NCBI GenBank assembly: GCA_030704615.1
Contig: CM060732.1
Coordinates: 39,060,001 to 39,124,000, forward strand
Reading direction: 5' to 3'
DNA length: 64,000 nucleotides
From: Takakia lepidozioides
Taxonomy: Eukaryota > Plantae > Bryophyta
The notes under the pieces are model-generated. The model was not told the origin of the DNA, searched no databases, and was given only the letters and a program-made list of their open reading frames with translations. Position numbers and translations under genes: made by a program. Position 1 is the first letter of the stretch. Each line of letters starts with the position of its first letter. Below are positions 1 to 13,300 of the stretch, in pieces.

Positions 1-2046
1 ATCATTGTACTTACTTCTGGTACAACACATGGCCTAACCATGTGAGCTGCCACCACTGGGCCCTCATTCACAGGAGCTCTCATCTCATTCTGGTGTCTTA
101 TCCAGAATGAACAGGCTGCCTTGCGATGTCCTGGCTGATTACAATAGTAACATAGTTCTTCACCATTGGGTCCTCGCCCTTGGTCTGTTCTTGGATTATT
201 TCTATAATCCTGATTCCCGGGCTGGTAATTCCCCCTTGGATTACCCTGATAGTTGCCTCTGGAATTTCCTTGGTAATTCCCTCTTGAATTACCTCTCCCT
301 TCCATGCCATTGTTATAACCACCAGACCTACCATAGTGGTCCTGATCATTGTTTCTTCTTGGCTGGGGCTGCACCTGATGCACCCTTACTTGCCTAGGTT
401 CTCTTGCAGCTGTCCTTCTGTTGTAGTAACAATTCTCAGTAGAATGGTTATCCATTTTACAGATAGTACAGTGTTTCTCCTTCATGTGGCATTCTGTGGT
501 GGTATGGCCTTCATTCTGGCACTTTGCACACCATACACCCTTCCTCCAATGTGTTGCAGCCTCTGTGGCATACTTCTTCAAGATTTCTTCCAATCTTTTT
601 TCATAGTTATCCCTCTTCAACTTCTCCTTTCTCTTACTCTTTCTTTTTAGTTCTTGCTCTTCTTCTTCATCTGACTCATCCTCAGAGTCCTCATCATCCT
701 TTTTCTCTCTCCTGAGCATTCCCAATTGCTCAATTCTGTTTGCAGTTTCAAATGCCTCCTCCACTGTATTATGGGGTAACATATCCACTTTCTTTTGCAA
801 CTCTGGTCTTAGTCCACTCACAAACCAAGTCTTCTGTAAACCGGGTGCTGGTACTGCAGCCAGCTTTTTCATCATCAATTCCATCTTCTCCATATACTCT
901 TCAACAGTTTCATGCTTCTTCTGCTTCAGCTGTTGTAAACTTCCATACACTTCATCCTCAGTTTTACTTGTCCTGAACCTATTTCGAAATGCTGTATTCA
1001 AGCCATTCCAGGTTAGGAAATGATTATCAGGGAATCTTGCATACCATTCACTTGCTTTCTTGATAAGTGAACAAGGAAACAATCTCATCTTGGCATCATC
1101 GCCATTCTCATTGTTCACTATACACATGTGCTCAAATTGGCTAATGTGTACATCGGGATCCCCTTTTCCTGAATATATTGGAAAGGGTGGTTTTGCCCGT
1201 GTTGGTTGTAACGCCATCTGTGGCCCTACCTTCTGCCCACTGACAGGTGCTGGCACCCTTGCTGGTGCTGGTCCTTCTGGACCTGTTGTTTTTGTGGTGG
1301 ATCTTCCACCAAGTGGTGGCCCTTGAGCACTCCCTGCTTCTGGCCCCACGATATTCACAGTATTCCCAGCTTCAGTTGCACTACTTCCCACACTCCCTGT
1401 CCCCCCAGAGCCAGATCCAGGCAGCCCGCCTGATCCCCCTGAGCCGACACCTTCGTTGGCCTGTGATCCAAGTGCTCCACTTGATCCAGGTCCAACGGGT
1501 TGGGATGTCCTGGTTGTAGTCTCAACCTCAGCTGTTGGGTCTACTTCTTCATATTCTTCCTCTTCCAATTTCTTCTCTCTGTTTTCATCCTCCAAGTTCT
1601 GCCCTTGGGTTTCTTCTTCACTCATGTAACTCAACTGTAATGGTGTTGGAGAGTCTGAACTCTCCGTTGGCTCTGCCACATTCTTCTCCTTCTTCACCTT
1701 CTGCTTCAGAAACTGGAGTTCCTGCTTTTGGTGTTCCATGCCAACTCTTATCAAAGATTTCTGTCAAATCTTTTATCCAGGGATGTACCTCAGATCTTTC
1801 ACCTCGTGATTGATCTTCTTCCTGTACCAATTCCCTTAATCTTTCTTGCAAAGAAACAGAAGGAGTGGCATCCAACTCTAGTTCTTCCGGTATGGGTGAT
1901 GTACTCTTTGATCTTAATGGTGTGAGAGGTCCAGATGATTCCCCTATGTCTATTCCTCTCTCCCAAAGATATGGATAATTAGCTTTCAGATAGCTTTCTC
2001 TTTTTGCTGAATATCTCTGGCGTCTAGCTTCTCTTTCATCACTCAT
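1..2046 (-). pseudogene. gag: gag (frameshifted) of retroelement copy 1
   Basis: Starts MSDEREARRQRYSAK, followed by a retrotransposon gag core and zinc knuckles (CAKCQNEGH, CYYCNQPGH..C), broken across several frames. Confidence 0.8.
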
Positions 2047-2067
2047 GTCCCATGTCTTTCATTTCTT

Positions 2068-2763
2068 TTAATGTGGCAATAACCAAAACTCTCTTCTGTA
2101 ATATCTCTCGTATATGCCTGGGTTTCTTTCAAGCTTCAATGCACCCTTGGCTATACTTGAAGTCTCCGTTACCATATAACCATATGGCAAACAAGTCTGA
2201 AAAGCTGTTCTTGGTGTGAGTTTGATCCACAAAATATCCTTTGGAATCCAATTCTTTACCAGTACAAGCTCTTCATGCATATGAGTATAAACATTCACCT
2301 TTCTTTCTTCCCAGCCTTCAAACTCTACTCGCTTAATGGATAGCAATGCTATCACATAAACCAATGTTGGTAACCAACGTGCTCTTCCTCTACAGGCTAC
2401 CTGATAAATCTTTATCACTCCTTTCTCCAGACCCCATTCCGGATCAGCATCATGCACTCGCTTAAGAATATTTTCTTTACAACCGTCTGGCAATTCCAAG
2501 AACCTTTGAAAGAATTGTTTGGACAATCTTTCTTCCTTCGTTCCACAGGGAATTTGATTCACTTCAAATTCTTTAATGGTCCAACCACCATGATCCCACC
2601 AGATGCCTGTCACATCTGGTTGTTCATTACTCAGTTCCCCAGTATGGTCGCCAAATGTCGCGCGGCTTTTACTCACCCATCCCTTCGCTATTCGAGGCGG
2701 AAACTCCAAGATAGAAGAGTTGGAAATCTCTAAGTACTCAGCCCGCGCAGAACAATCAGTCAT
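2068..2763 (-). CDS. Extra 5' ORF (ORF0) of the retroelement, 231 aa, function unknown
   Basis: The frame is open and is conserved, with frameshifts, in copy 2 (8750-9443). It stops about 20 nt before the gag ATG. Confidence 0.6.
   Translation of the reverse strand: MTDCSARAEYLEISNSSILEFPPRIAKGWVSKSRATFGDHTGELSNEQPDVTGIWWDHGGWTIKEFEVNQIPCGTKEERLSKQFFQRFLELPDGCKENILKRVHDADPEWGLEKGVIKIYQVACRGRARWLPTLVYVIALLSIKRVEFEGWEERKVNVYTHMHEELVLVKNWIPKDILWIKLTPRTAFQTCLPYGYMVTETSSIAKGALKLERNPGIYERYYRREFWLLPH
2636..2653 (-). promoter_or_regulatory. Primer binding site (tRNA-Arg type)
   Basis: TGGCGACCATACTGGGGA lies just inside the LTR and is complementary to a tRNA 3' end ...GGUCGCCA, the tRNA-Arg-like PBS typical of Tat/Ogre elements. 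Copy 2 has a version with a 1-nt deletion at 9317-9333. Confidence 0.8.
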
Positions 2764-3573
2764 GACCTACAGCTAGTGTATCATGGGGGTGTTTCCTATT
2801 TGTTTCCCTTTTGGCATTCATGTTAGCTATCTTACCATTGATAATTAAGTATCAGTTTGCTTTATCAATCTATTGGATTCCATCAACTCATCCATTCATT
2901 CCACAGCTTCACTCAGATCTCTCTACACAGTGTGATTGTATCGTAAAAGTATCCGATTATGATTTATCAGGTATCAGGCCGAAGCCATTGTGTCTCTAAT
3001 CTGCTCTACAATATCATTACAGCCTTGCATATATCAAGCATCTACTCATCATCTCTCTATCTTCACTTCCGTTCTTCATCTCTGCCCGATCCCCTCTCCT
3101 CCATGACCAAGAAGTCCTCCTCCGAATGATCCCCCAAAATTCCCCGCTTCTCCCTTTATCTTCCTACCCGTGGTTCTAACCGTTTCCCTCACTAACCGTC
3201 GTCTGTGAACTAACATGTTCCCTTCGCAGGTGTTGTTTCCCACAGTCGTTCCCTGTCCTGCTCTCCGTTCCCTATGATCGTGACAGCTGTGTCAAGCTGT
3301 GACTGGCTGTGTGAAACTGTGACGGGCTGTGACTGGCTGTGCGACTGTGTTGGCTGTGTCGGGCTGTGACTGGCTGTGTGGCTGTGTCGGCTGTGTCGGC
3401 TGTGTTGGCTGTGTCGGCTGTGTCTGCTGTGACGACTGTGACGGGCTGTGTAACCCCCCTCTACAGTGCGCTGCTGTCACCCCTAAGGCTCCTGTTGGTC
3501 TCAGTTTGTGCAAAAATTAAGGGTACCCTACAGATCCCGTATAAGTGTCTAAGTCCCCAACAGTCCTCTAACA
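2656..3573 (-). repeat. 5' LTR of retroelement copy 1
   Basis: The minus strand begins TGTTAGAGG and ends CGCGACA, 2 nt before the PBS. Homology to 9336-10350 stops at essentially the same outer point. It contains a GGCTGTG(T/A)C microsatellite at 3290-3450. Confidence 0.85.
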
Positions 3574-4220
3574 GCTGCGGCTAAGGAGTATAGTCTACTG
3601 GCATCTCCACCTTCTCTGCTACACAAAAGACATGGTTTTCAACAAAGCAGGGCTAGCGTCTTTGTGGACAGTTCTGCCTTCGTCCTGAACAGTGCGTCCT
3701 GTAGCAGTGGATCTTCTTTGTCCGAATGAATCGATTCTTGTGAAGGGTTTGTTTAAAAACCAAGAGTTCACCTGTTTGCCTTCTTCATGATTGGATGTGA
3801 TCCTCTCTATCAACGTTGTATAACTGGGAAAATGACATGTGGTCATTCTCAATCAACAAAGCAATGTGGACTCAAAGTTTGCAATATACATTGCACCCAA
3901 CATAATTTGATTTTCAAGCAAAACAAGTATGGTTTCATGCATCTCCGAGCTTTTGGGAGCTACCACTACAAACAACTATCTAATCTTTCATTTATGTCAT
4001 TCATCCACCTCTCATTCGTTACACAGACATTCATCCGACATTCATCCCTCATTCATCCAAGCAGCATCCATATCCAACCTTCTGATACTGGCTACCCTGC
4101 ACAGTAATAGGTCTTCTAAGTCGACTGGACGTCCGCGGTTATAGGTAGGCAGGTCCTCAAGCGTGAGCAGATTTATGCTCACGCAATTTTTTGCTCGCAG
4201 GATCTGCTCACACAATAGCA
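3574..4220 (-). mobile_element. LTR-like segment of a different family, preceded by a polypurine tract and interrupted by copy 1
   Basis: The minus strand reads ...GATCATC-AGGGGGGA-TGCTATTG, i.e. a PPT-like tract followed by a TG start. It has a hairpin GCGTGAGCA-N6-TGCTCACGC at 4161-4184 and no clear match to the 9336-10350 LTR. Confidence 0.5.
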
Positions 4221-7200
4221 TCCCCCCTGATGATCCACATAAAACATAAACTTCCTTCCCAATATGTAATGCCTGAATCTCTTGACTGCATAATTCATTG
4301 CCAATGCTTCTCTTTCAGTGGTGCTATAGTTCCTTTTAGCACTGTTCAACAACCTGCTAGCATAGTACACCGGTGAATCTATGTTTCCTGTGATATTTTG
4401 GGCTAACACAGCTCCCAATGCTTCTCCTGAGGCATCACAGTGTACATGAAATACTACATGCCAGTGAGGGTTAATCAACACAGGTGTAGTTGTTACTGAC
4501 AATGTAAGTTCCTCAAAAGCCTGCTGACATTCAGCTATCCATGTAAACACTTTAAAAGCTTGCTCAATGGAGCTGATATCTGTGCATACCGTTTGACAAA
4601 CCTTCTATAATAAGTAGTTTGTCCAAGGAACCTCCTTAGACCTTACTTGGTGGTGGTGAGGCTTTAATAGCCTTTGTCTTTCTAGGACCTACAAGCTGTC
4701 CCTTCTTACACACAATGTGTCCCAGCAGTACCCCTGAGTTTACACAGAAAGTACACTTTTCCAGATTCAGACCAAGATCTCTCATCCTGCATCTGGCCAA
4801 ACATAATTCCAACTTCTGTAAGTGCTCATTCTTAGAGCTGTACACACTAAAGTCATCTAAGAACACTTGCATGATATCATCCAGATACTCATGAAAAGAT
4901 ATCACCCTCTGGAAAGTTGCCGGTGCATTACAAAGTCCAAAAGGCATGACTTTATATGCATAAGCACCTAGTCTGTGATGAAAGCTGTCTTTCCCTGATC
5001 TTCTTCGCCACTTGCACTTGGTTATATCCACTGAACCCATTTATGAATGAGTACATCTCATGGCCTGCCACAGTGTCCAGTACAGCTTTTGTAAATGGCA
5101 AGGGAAAGGGATCTTTCTTTGTACAAGCATTCAGCTTCTTATAATTCACACAAACTCTCAGTTTACCATTCTTCTTGGGAACTATCACAATGGGTGACAA
5201 CCAAGTTGTATACTCTATCGAGTATATGAACTTAGCCTCAGCCAACTTCTTGATCTCTTCCCCAACCTTCTATGCATAGTTGGGATTCATCCTGTACCTT
5301 GCCTGTTTGATTGGCATTGACCCTGGTTCTAGTTCAATCTTATGTTGGCAAATCTCAGGGGGTATCCCTTTCAGATCCTCATAGCTCCATGCAAATACAT
5401 CTTTGTATTTGATAAACAGACTCTTAGCCTCCTCAAAGAATTTTGGCTCCAAGTCAGCCCCTACTTTCACCATTCTTGGTTCTTCCTCAGTTCCCACATT
5501 CACTTCTCTCACCTGCTCCTCAGCTGTGATTGTCCATCTAGCCATTACTTCATCCTATAAACTCACAGTGGCTGGTTCATCTAGGATTTCCATTTTTCTC
5601 TCCCTTTCCTCATAGAAATGTGGTGGGTAACTACTTGTTTTCTCCTCAATTGGTGTTGATATTACTGCACCAAATAGATACCTTTAAAGCAACTCAGGCC
5701 TCCCAGTTGCATTTCTGCAACCTGCTCCCACTTTGGGTGTGCAGCAAACAGGGTAGCTTCCTGCTCCTCATCAAGTCCTCATCTCCAGTCATACTCCCTG
5801 ACTCCATGAGGTCTTCTGGTAGCAGGTAGCCTACTAGATTTCTTAGTGGTGACTTGTATCTTGTGCTTCCGATCATGCACAGTCAATAACTGGGAATTCC
5901 AGTCATGGAATTACCCTGGCCTGCTTCAGCCATGGTTGACCCAGCAACAAGGAGTAAGCTTCCATAACATCATCCATTTTCAACACAGTCACTGTGATCT
6001 TAAAGATCATCTTCTGAATCTGTATCTTAACTCCTCTTATCAAACCTAATGGTTGTACACTCCTTTGATCTGCCATTGTTACTGTGAATGGGGCTGGTTT
6101 CATGTTACTTAGACCAAGCTTCTGCCTTAATTGGTCTGTCATAATATTCACTCCTGAGCCTCCATCTATCAGTACCTCAGTCAAGTCTGTGCTTCCAATT
6201 CTCAATTGGATTACTGGCATAGAATCATCAAAGTCCATGACTATTTCTTGCCCTTCAGGCCTCACATTATAACTTGTCACCTTGCTGTTCAGGTCTGTGT
6301 TCTCTATCACATGAGCAATCTGATTGATTGCTTGATACAGCCTGTGCCTACAATGAGGTGCCACAGCCAATAGCTGTCCAATGGTAATCTCAGCTTTGGT
6401 CTGGCATATTACTTCAGCCAAAGTCCCTTCATTACCCTGCACTTGTGAAGCCTCTTGCTTCACCTTCTCCTCACCTTCTTCATCTTCCCCTTCAGAGTCA
6501 GAAAAATCCGCCATAGGGATATCAGTATCCTTCTGCATTTCCTTTATGGTATCAGTCACTTCCTTGTGTAGTTCCTTCTCATCTCTCCAAGCCTCATCAT
6601 CTTCAGGCACATCATTGCCATCTTCATTAACATCTTCTTCCTCATCCTCTGGGGATATTAGTTTAGCTTCGCTTCTGGTCACTATCATTGTACTTACTTC
6701 TGGTATAAAACATGGCCTAACCATGTGAGCTGCCACTATTGGGCCCTCATTCAAGGAGCTCTCATCTCATTTTGGTGTCTGATCCAGAATGGATAGGCTG
6801 CCTTTCGATTTCCTGCCTGGTTACAATAGTAACACAGTTCTTCACCATTGGGTCCTCGCCCTTGGTCTGCTCTGGAATTATTTCTATAATCCTGATTCCC
6901 TGGCTGATAATTCTTCCCTGGATTACCCTGATAGTTGCCTCTGGGATTGCCTTGGTAATTCCCTCTTGGATTACCTCTCCCTGCCATACCATTGTTATAT
7001 CCACCAGGCCTACCATAGTGGTCCCGATCATTGTTTCTTCTTGGCTGGGGCTGTACTTGATGCACCCTCACTTGCCTAGGTTCTATTGCAGCTGTCCTTC
7101 TGTTGTAATAACAATTCTCAGTAAAATGGTTATCCATTTTACAGATAGTACAATGTTTCTCCTTCATGTGGCATTCAGCTGTGGTATGGCCTTCATTCTA

Positions 7201-10200
7201 GCATTTTGCACACCAAACACCCTTCATCCAATGTGTTGCAGCCTCTGTGGCATACTTCTTCAAGATCTCCTCCAGTTTTTTCTCATAGTTGTCCCTCTTC
7301 AACTTTTCCTTCTTCTTGCTCTTGCTCTTGAGCTCTTGCTCTTCTTCCTCATTCGACTCATCTTCAGAATCCTCATCATCCATTTTCTCTCTCCTAAGCA
7401 TTCCTAATTGCTCAATTCTGTTGGCTGTTTCAAATGCCTCGTCCACTGTATCATGGGGTAGCATATCCACTTTCTTTTGTAATTCAGGTCTTAATCCACT
7501 CACAAACCAGGTCTTCTGTAACCCTGGTGCTGGCACAGCAGCCAGCTTTTCCATCATCAACTCCATCTTTTCCATGTACTCTTCAACAGTTTCATGCTTC
7601 TTTTGCTTTAACTGTTATAAACTCCCATACACTTCATCCTCAGTTTGCTTGTCCTGAACCTATTTCGGAATGCTGTACTAAGGCCATTCCAGGTTAGGAA
7701 ATGATTATTAGGAAATCTTGCATACCATTCACTTGCTTTCTTGATAAGTGAACAAGGAAACAGTCTCATCTTGGCATCATCGCCATTCTCATTGTTCACA
7801 ATACACATGTGCTCAAATTGGTTGATGTGTACATCAGGATCCCCTTTCCCTGCTTATATTGGAAAATGTGGTTTTGCCCATGTTGGAGGTACCGCCATCT
7901 GTGGCCCTACACCGCCCACTGACAGGTGTTGGTCCTCCTATTGGTGCTGGTCCTTGAGGACCTACTGTTGTAGTGGTGGAACTCCCACCAAGTGTTGGCC
8001 CTGAGCACTTTCTGCTTCTGGCCCCACTGTACTTACAGTATTCCCAATTCCAGTTGCACTACTTCCCACACTCCCTGTCCCCCCAGAGCCAGATCCAAGC
8101 TGCCCGCCTGATCCCCCTGAGCCGACACCTTCGTTGGCCTGTGATTCAAGTGCTCCACTTGATCCAGGTGCAACAGGTTGGGATGTCCTGGTTGTAGTCT
8201 CAACCTCAACTGTTGGGTCTACTTCTTCATACTCTTCATCTTCCAAATTCTTCTCTCTGTTTTCATCTTCCAAGTTCTTCTCTTGGTTTTCCTCTTCCCC
8301 ACTCATATAACTCAACTGGAGTGGTGTTGGAGAGTCTGAACTCTCCGTTGGCTCTGCCACATCTTCCTCTCCTTCTTTATCTTGCGATTCAAAAACTGGA
8401 GTTCCTGCTTTTGGTGTCGCATGCCAATTCTGATCAAAGATTTCTGTCAAATCTTTAATCCAAAGATGTACCTCAGATCTCTCCCCTCGTGGCTGATCTT
8501 CTTCCTCTATCAAATCCCTTAATCTTTCTTGTAAAAAATAAGAAGGAGTGGCATCCAACCCTGGTTCTTCCGGTATGGGTGATGTACTCTTTGATCTTAA
8601 TGGTGTGAGAGGTCGAGATGATTCCCCTATGTCTATTCCCCTCTCCCAAAGATATGGATAATTAGCTTTCAAATAACTTTCTCTTTTTGCTGAATATCTG
8701 TGAAGTCTAGCTTCTCTTTCATCACTCATGTCCCATGTCTTTCATATCTTTAATGAGGCAATAACCAAAACTCTCTTCTGTAGTATCTCTCGTATATGCC
8801 TGGATTTCTCTCAAGCTTTAATGCACCCTTGGCTATACTAGAAGTCTCCGTTACCATATAACCATATGGCAAACACGTTTGGAAAGCTGTTCTTGGTGTA
8901 AGTTTGATCCACATGATATCCTTAGGATCCAATTCTTTACCAGTATCAATTCTTCATGCATATGAGTGTAAACATTCACTTTCCGTTCCTCCCAGCCTTC
9001 AAACTCCACTCGCTTAATGGATAGCAACGCTATCACATAAACCAGTGTTGGTAACCAACTTGCTCTCCCTCTATAGGCCACTTGATGAATCTTTATTACT
9101 CCTTTCTCCAGACCCCACTCAGGATCAGCATCATGCACTCTCTTAAGAATGTTTTCTTTGCAACCGTCTGGCAATTCCAAGAATCTCTGAAAGAATTGTT
9201 TGGACAACCTTTCTTTCTCAGTTCCATAGGGAATTTAATTCACATCAAATTCTTTAATTCTCCAACCACCATGATCCCACCAGATGCCTGTCACATCTGG
9301 TTGTTCTTGACCCAGTTCCCCAGTATGGTGCCAAATGTTGAGCGGCTCTTACTCACCCATCCCTTCGCTATCCGTGGTGGGAACTCCAAGATAGAAGAGT
9401 TGGATATCTCTAAGCACTCAGCCCGCTGAGAACAATCAAACATGACCTACAACTAGTGTATCATGGAAGTGCTTCTTGTTTAGATTCTTTCTTACCTTCA
9501 TGTCAGCGAATTACCTTACTATTTATATTTAAGCATCAGATTGCTTATGCAATCTTCCATGTTCCAATCACTCATCCCTTCATTCCACAGCTTCACTCAG
9601 GTCTCTCTACACAGTGTGAGTATGGAATATGTATCAGATTATGATCTATCAAATATCAGGCCGAAGCCATGGTGTCCCTAGTCTACTCTACAGTTTAACT
9701 CTACGGCTTGCATGTATCAAGCATCTACAGATCGTCTCCCTTCCTTCACCGTGTTCTCCATCCTTACTCCAGTTCATGCTCTCCGCCTGATCTCCCCTAC
9801 CGATGACCCAGAAGTGCTCATCCAGAAGTGACCCCCCCATGTTGCTGCTCTGCCTTATTTATCTGCAAGCTGTTCTAACCGCCTAACTAACTAACTGTCA
9901 CCCAAGAAATAAGCACGTTCCCTCTGCAGATGTCGTTCCCGCACAGTCGTTCCCTGCCAATGATAACCGTTCCCTATGTACGTTGTGACTGGCTGTGCCA
10001 AGTTGTGTTGGGCTGTGGTTGACTGTGCCGAGCTGTGACTGGCTGTGTGAAGCTGTGTCGGGCTGTGACTGGCTGTGTGAAGCTGTATCGGGCTGTGCTT
10101 GACTGTGTCGGGCTGTGTCGAGTTGTGTTAGACTGTGATAGGGTGTGTAAGGCTATATAAGGCTGTGTCAGACTATGACAAGCTGTGTCAAGCTGTGTCT

Positions 10201-10350
10201 AACTGTGTAATGTTGTGACTGACTGTATAAGCCTGTCTCCCACCCCCAAGGCCTGTGCTAGTCCAAGTCTATCATCCGTAAGTCTGTGCAAAAATTAAGG
10301 GTACCCCACAGAACCCATAAAAGTGTCTAAGTCCAGACAGCCCTCTAACA
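4221..10350 (-). mobile_element. Ty3/gypsy LTR retrotransposon copy 2 (decayed): LTR-PBS-ORF0-gag-protease-RT-RNase H, truncated before integrase
   Basis: LTR 9336-10350; gag 8729 to about 6750; protease VLIDGGSGVNIM (5903-6754); RT WLSPIVIVPKKNGKLRVCV, MPFGLCNAPATFQR, VFLDDF; RNase H VHCDASGEALGAVLAQ...NYSTTEREAL...FYVDHQ. It has multiple stops and frameshifts. Confidence 0.93.
9336..10350 (-). repeat. 5' LTR of retroelement copy 2
   Basis: TGTTAGAGGG...CTCAACA ends, an adjacent PBS, and a longer GGCTGTG microsatellite at 9985-10230. Confidence 0.85.
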
Positions 10351-13300
10351 GCGTCCATCCACATTGATGCATGTAAGATCAAAGACAAACTCAGAATGCA
10401 CCAAGTCTGTCAAGGAAACAGGATCATCCCGCACTTCAGGATTAGGCCATTGCGGAAGAAGAAGAGCACGTCGCCCACGTAGAATATGATAGATCAAGTA
10501 TGGACCGTCGATCTTGAGTTTAGATTTATATGCATGCTTACCATGCTACAACCGAATGCACACGATCTGTCTTACCTAAAACAGGTAAGGATACTTGACA
10601 CACTTGTTAAAATTGCGGGCCTGGATTAGCTGAGCCTTACCAATGCTCACCTTGGCATCATGGATAGACACTGCATGCCGAGCATGAACATCCTCAATAA
10701 AGGTATCAAGGTACAAAGGTACCAATGGAGTCTGGCAGGCCTTTGAGTGCTGTACAATTCATGAGCCACAGTTGTTCGAGGTGAATCAATGCTCCGATGG
10801 AATCAGGCACGACTTGTATGTTGGAACAACCCCGAAGATTGAGGATTTTTAACAATGCAAGATTACCAATGGAGTTTGGCAGGCCTTTGAGTGCTGTACA
10901 ATTCACAAGCCTCAGTTGTTCGAGATGAATCAATGCTCCGATGGAATCAGGCAACCTCTCCAAGCTGGTACAAGACTCTAGGTCCAACATTTTGAGCTCC
11001 TTCAACACCCTAAGTAGTCAGGCAAGGCTTGTATGTTGGAATAACCCTTAAGGTTGAGGACTTTTAACTTTGCAAGATTACCAATGGAGTCTGGCAGGCC
11101 TTTGAGTGCTGTACAATTCTTGAGCAACAACTTTTGGAGATGAATCAATGCTCCGATGGAATCAGGCAACCTCTCCAAGCTGGTACAAGACTCTAGGTCC
11201 AACGTTTTGAGCTCCTTCAACAGCCCCAAGTAGTTAGGCAAGGCTTGTATGTTGGAACAACCCTTAAGGTTGAGGATTTTTAACTTTGCAAGATTACCAA
11301 TGGAGTCTGGCAGGCCTTTGAGTGTTGTACAATTCTTGAGCAACAACTTTTGGAGATGAATCAATGCTCCGATGGAATCGGGCAACCTCTCCAAGCTGGT
11401 ACAAGACTCTAGGTCCAACGTTTTGAGCTCCTTCAACAGCCCTAAGTAGTCAGGCAAGGCTTGTATGTTGAAACAACCCTCAAGGTTGAGGACTTTTAAC
11501 TTTGCAAGATTACCAATGGAGTCTGGCAGGCCTTTGAGTGCTGTACAATTGACGAGCCTCAGTTGTTCGAGATGAATCAATGCTCCGATGGAATCAGTCA
11601 ACCTCTCCAAACTGGTACAAGACTCTAGGTCCAACGTTTTGAGCTCCTTCAACAGCCCCAAGTAGTCAGGCAAGGCTTGTATGTTGGAACAACCTTTAAG
11701 GTTGAGGACTTTTAACTTTGCAAGATTACCAATGGAGTTTGGCAGGCCTTTGAGTGTTGTACAATTCTTGAGCAACAACTTTTGGAGATGAATCAATGCT
11801 CCGATGGAATCAGATAACCTCTCCAAGCTGGTACAAGACTCTAGGTCCAACGTTTTGAGCTCCTTCAACAGCCCCAAGTAGTCGGGCAAGGCTTGTATGT
11901 TGGAACAACCATTAAGGTTGAGGAATTTTAACTTTGCAAGATTACCAATGGAGTCTGGCAGGCCTTTGAGTGCTGTACAATTCTTGAGCAACAACTTTTG
12001 GAGATGAATCAATGCTCCGATGGAATCAGGCAACCTCTCCAAGCTGGTACAAGACTCTAGGTCCAACGTTTTGAGTTCTTTCAACAGCCCCAAGTAGTTA
12101 GGCAAGGCTTGTATGTTGGAACAACCCTCAAGGTTGAGGACTTTTAACTTTGCAAGATTACCAATGGAGTCTGGCAGGCCTTTGAGTGTTGTACAATTGA
12201 CGAGCCTCAGTTGTTCGAGATGAATCAATGCTCCAATGGAATCAGTCAACCTCTCCAAACTGGTACAAGACTCTAGGTCCAACGTTTTGAGCTCCTTCAA
12301 CAGCCCTAAGTAGTCAGGCAAGGCTTGTATGTTGGAACAACCCTTAAGGTTGAGGACTTTTAACTTTGCAAGATTACCAATGGAGTCTGGCAAGCCTTTG
12401 AGTGTTGTACAATTCATGAGCCACAGTTTTTGGAGATGAATCAATGTTCCGATGGATTCAGGCAAGCTCTCCAAGCTGGTACAAGAAGAGAGATCCAAGT
12501 TTTCGAGCTCTTTCAACAGCCCCAAACAATCAAGCACGGCTTGTCTGTTGCAGGAACAACCCTCAAGGCTGAGGACTTTTAACTTTGCAAGATTACCAAT
12601 GGAGTCTGGTAGGCCTTTGAGTGCTGTACAATTGACGAGCCTCAGTTGTTCGAGATGAATCAATGCTCCGATGGAATCAGGCAACCTCTCCAAGCTGGTA
12701 CAAGACTCTAGGTCCAACGTTTTGAGCTCTTTCAACAGCCCCAAGTAGTCAGACAAGGCTTGTATGTTGGAACAACCCTTAAGGTTGAGGACTTTTAACT
12801 TTGCAAGATTACCAATGGAGTCTGGTAGGCTTTTGAGTATTGTACAATTCTTGAGCAACAATTTTTGGAGATGAATCAATGCTCCGATGGAATCAGGCAA
12901 CCTCTCCAAGCTGGTACAAAACTCTAGGTCCAACGTTTTGAGCTCCTTCAATAGCCCCAAGTAGTCAGGCAAGGCTTGTATGTTGGAACAACCCTCAAGG
13001 TTGAGGACTTTTAACTTTGCAAGATTACCAATGGAGTCTGGCAGGCCTTTGAGTGCTGTACAATTGACGAGCCTCAGTTGTTCGAGATGAATCAATGCTC
13101 CGATGGAATCAGGCAACCTTTCCACGCTGGTACAAGACTCTAGGTCCAACGTTTTAAGCTCCTTCAACAGCCCCAAGTAGTCAGGCAAGGCTTGTATGTT
13201 GGAACAACCCTTAAGGTTGAGGACTTTTAACTTTGCAAGATTACCAATGGAGTTTGGCAAGCCTTTGAGTGTTGTACAATTCATGAGCCACAGTTTTTGG

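Larger units (their letters stand above)
1..3573 (-). mobile_element. Ty3/gypsy LTR retrotransposon copy 1 (Tat/Ogre-like): 5' LTR, PBS, extra ORF and gag; continues off the left edge
   Basis: The LTR at 2656-3573 has TG...CA ends and is followed by a PBS. The gag region has a FPIYSGKGDPDVHISQFEHMC...LFPCSL..ASEWY core and CCHC knuckles. It is collinear and highly similar to 6684-10350. Confidence 0.9.

Noticed and set aside
3292-3584. ORFs with QPTQPT or CVGCVG repeats
   Set aside because: They are translations of the LTR microsatellite.
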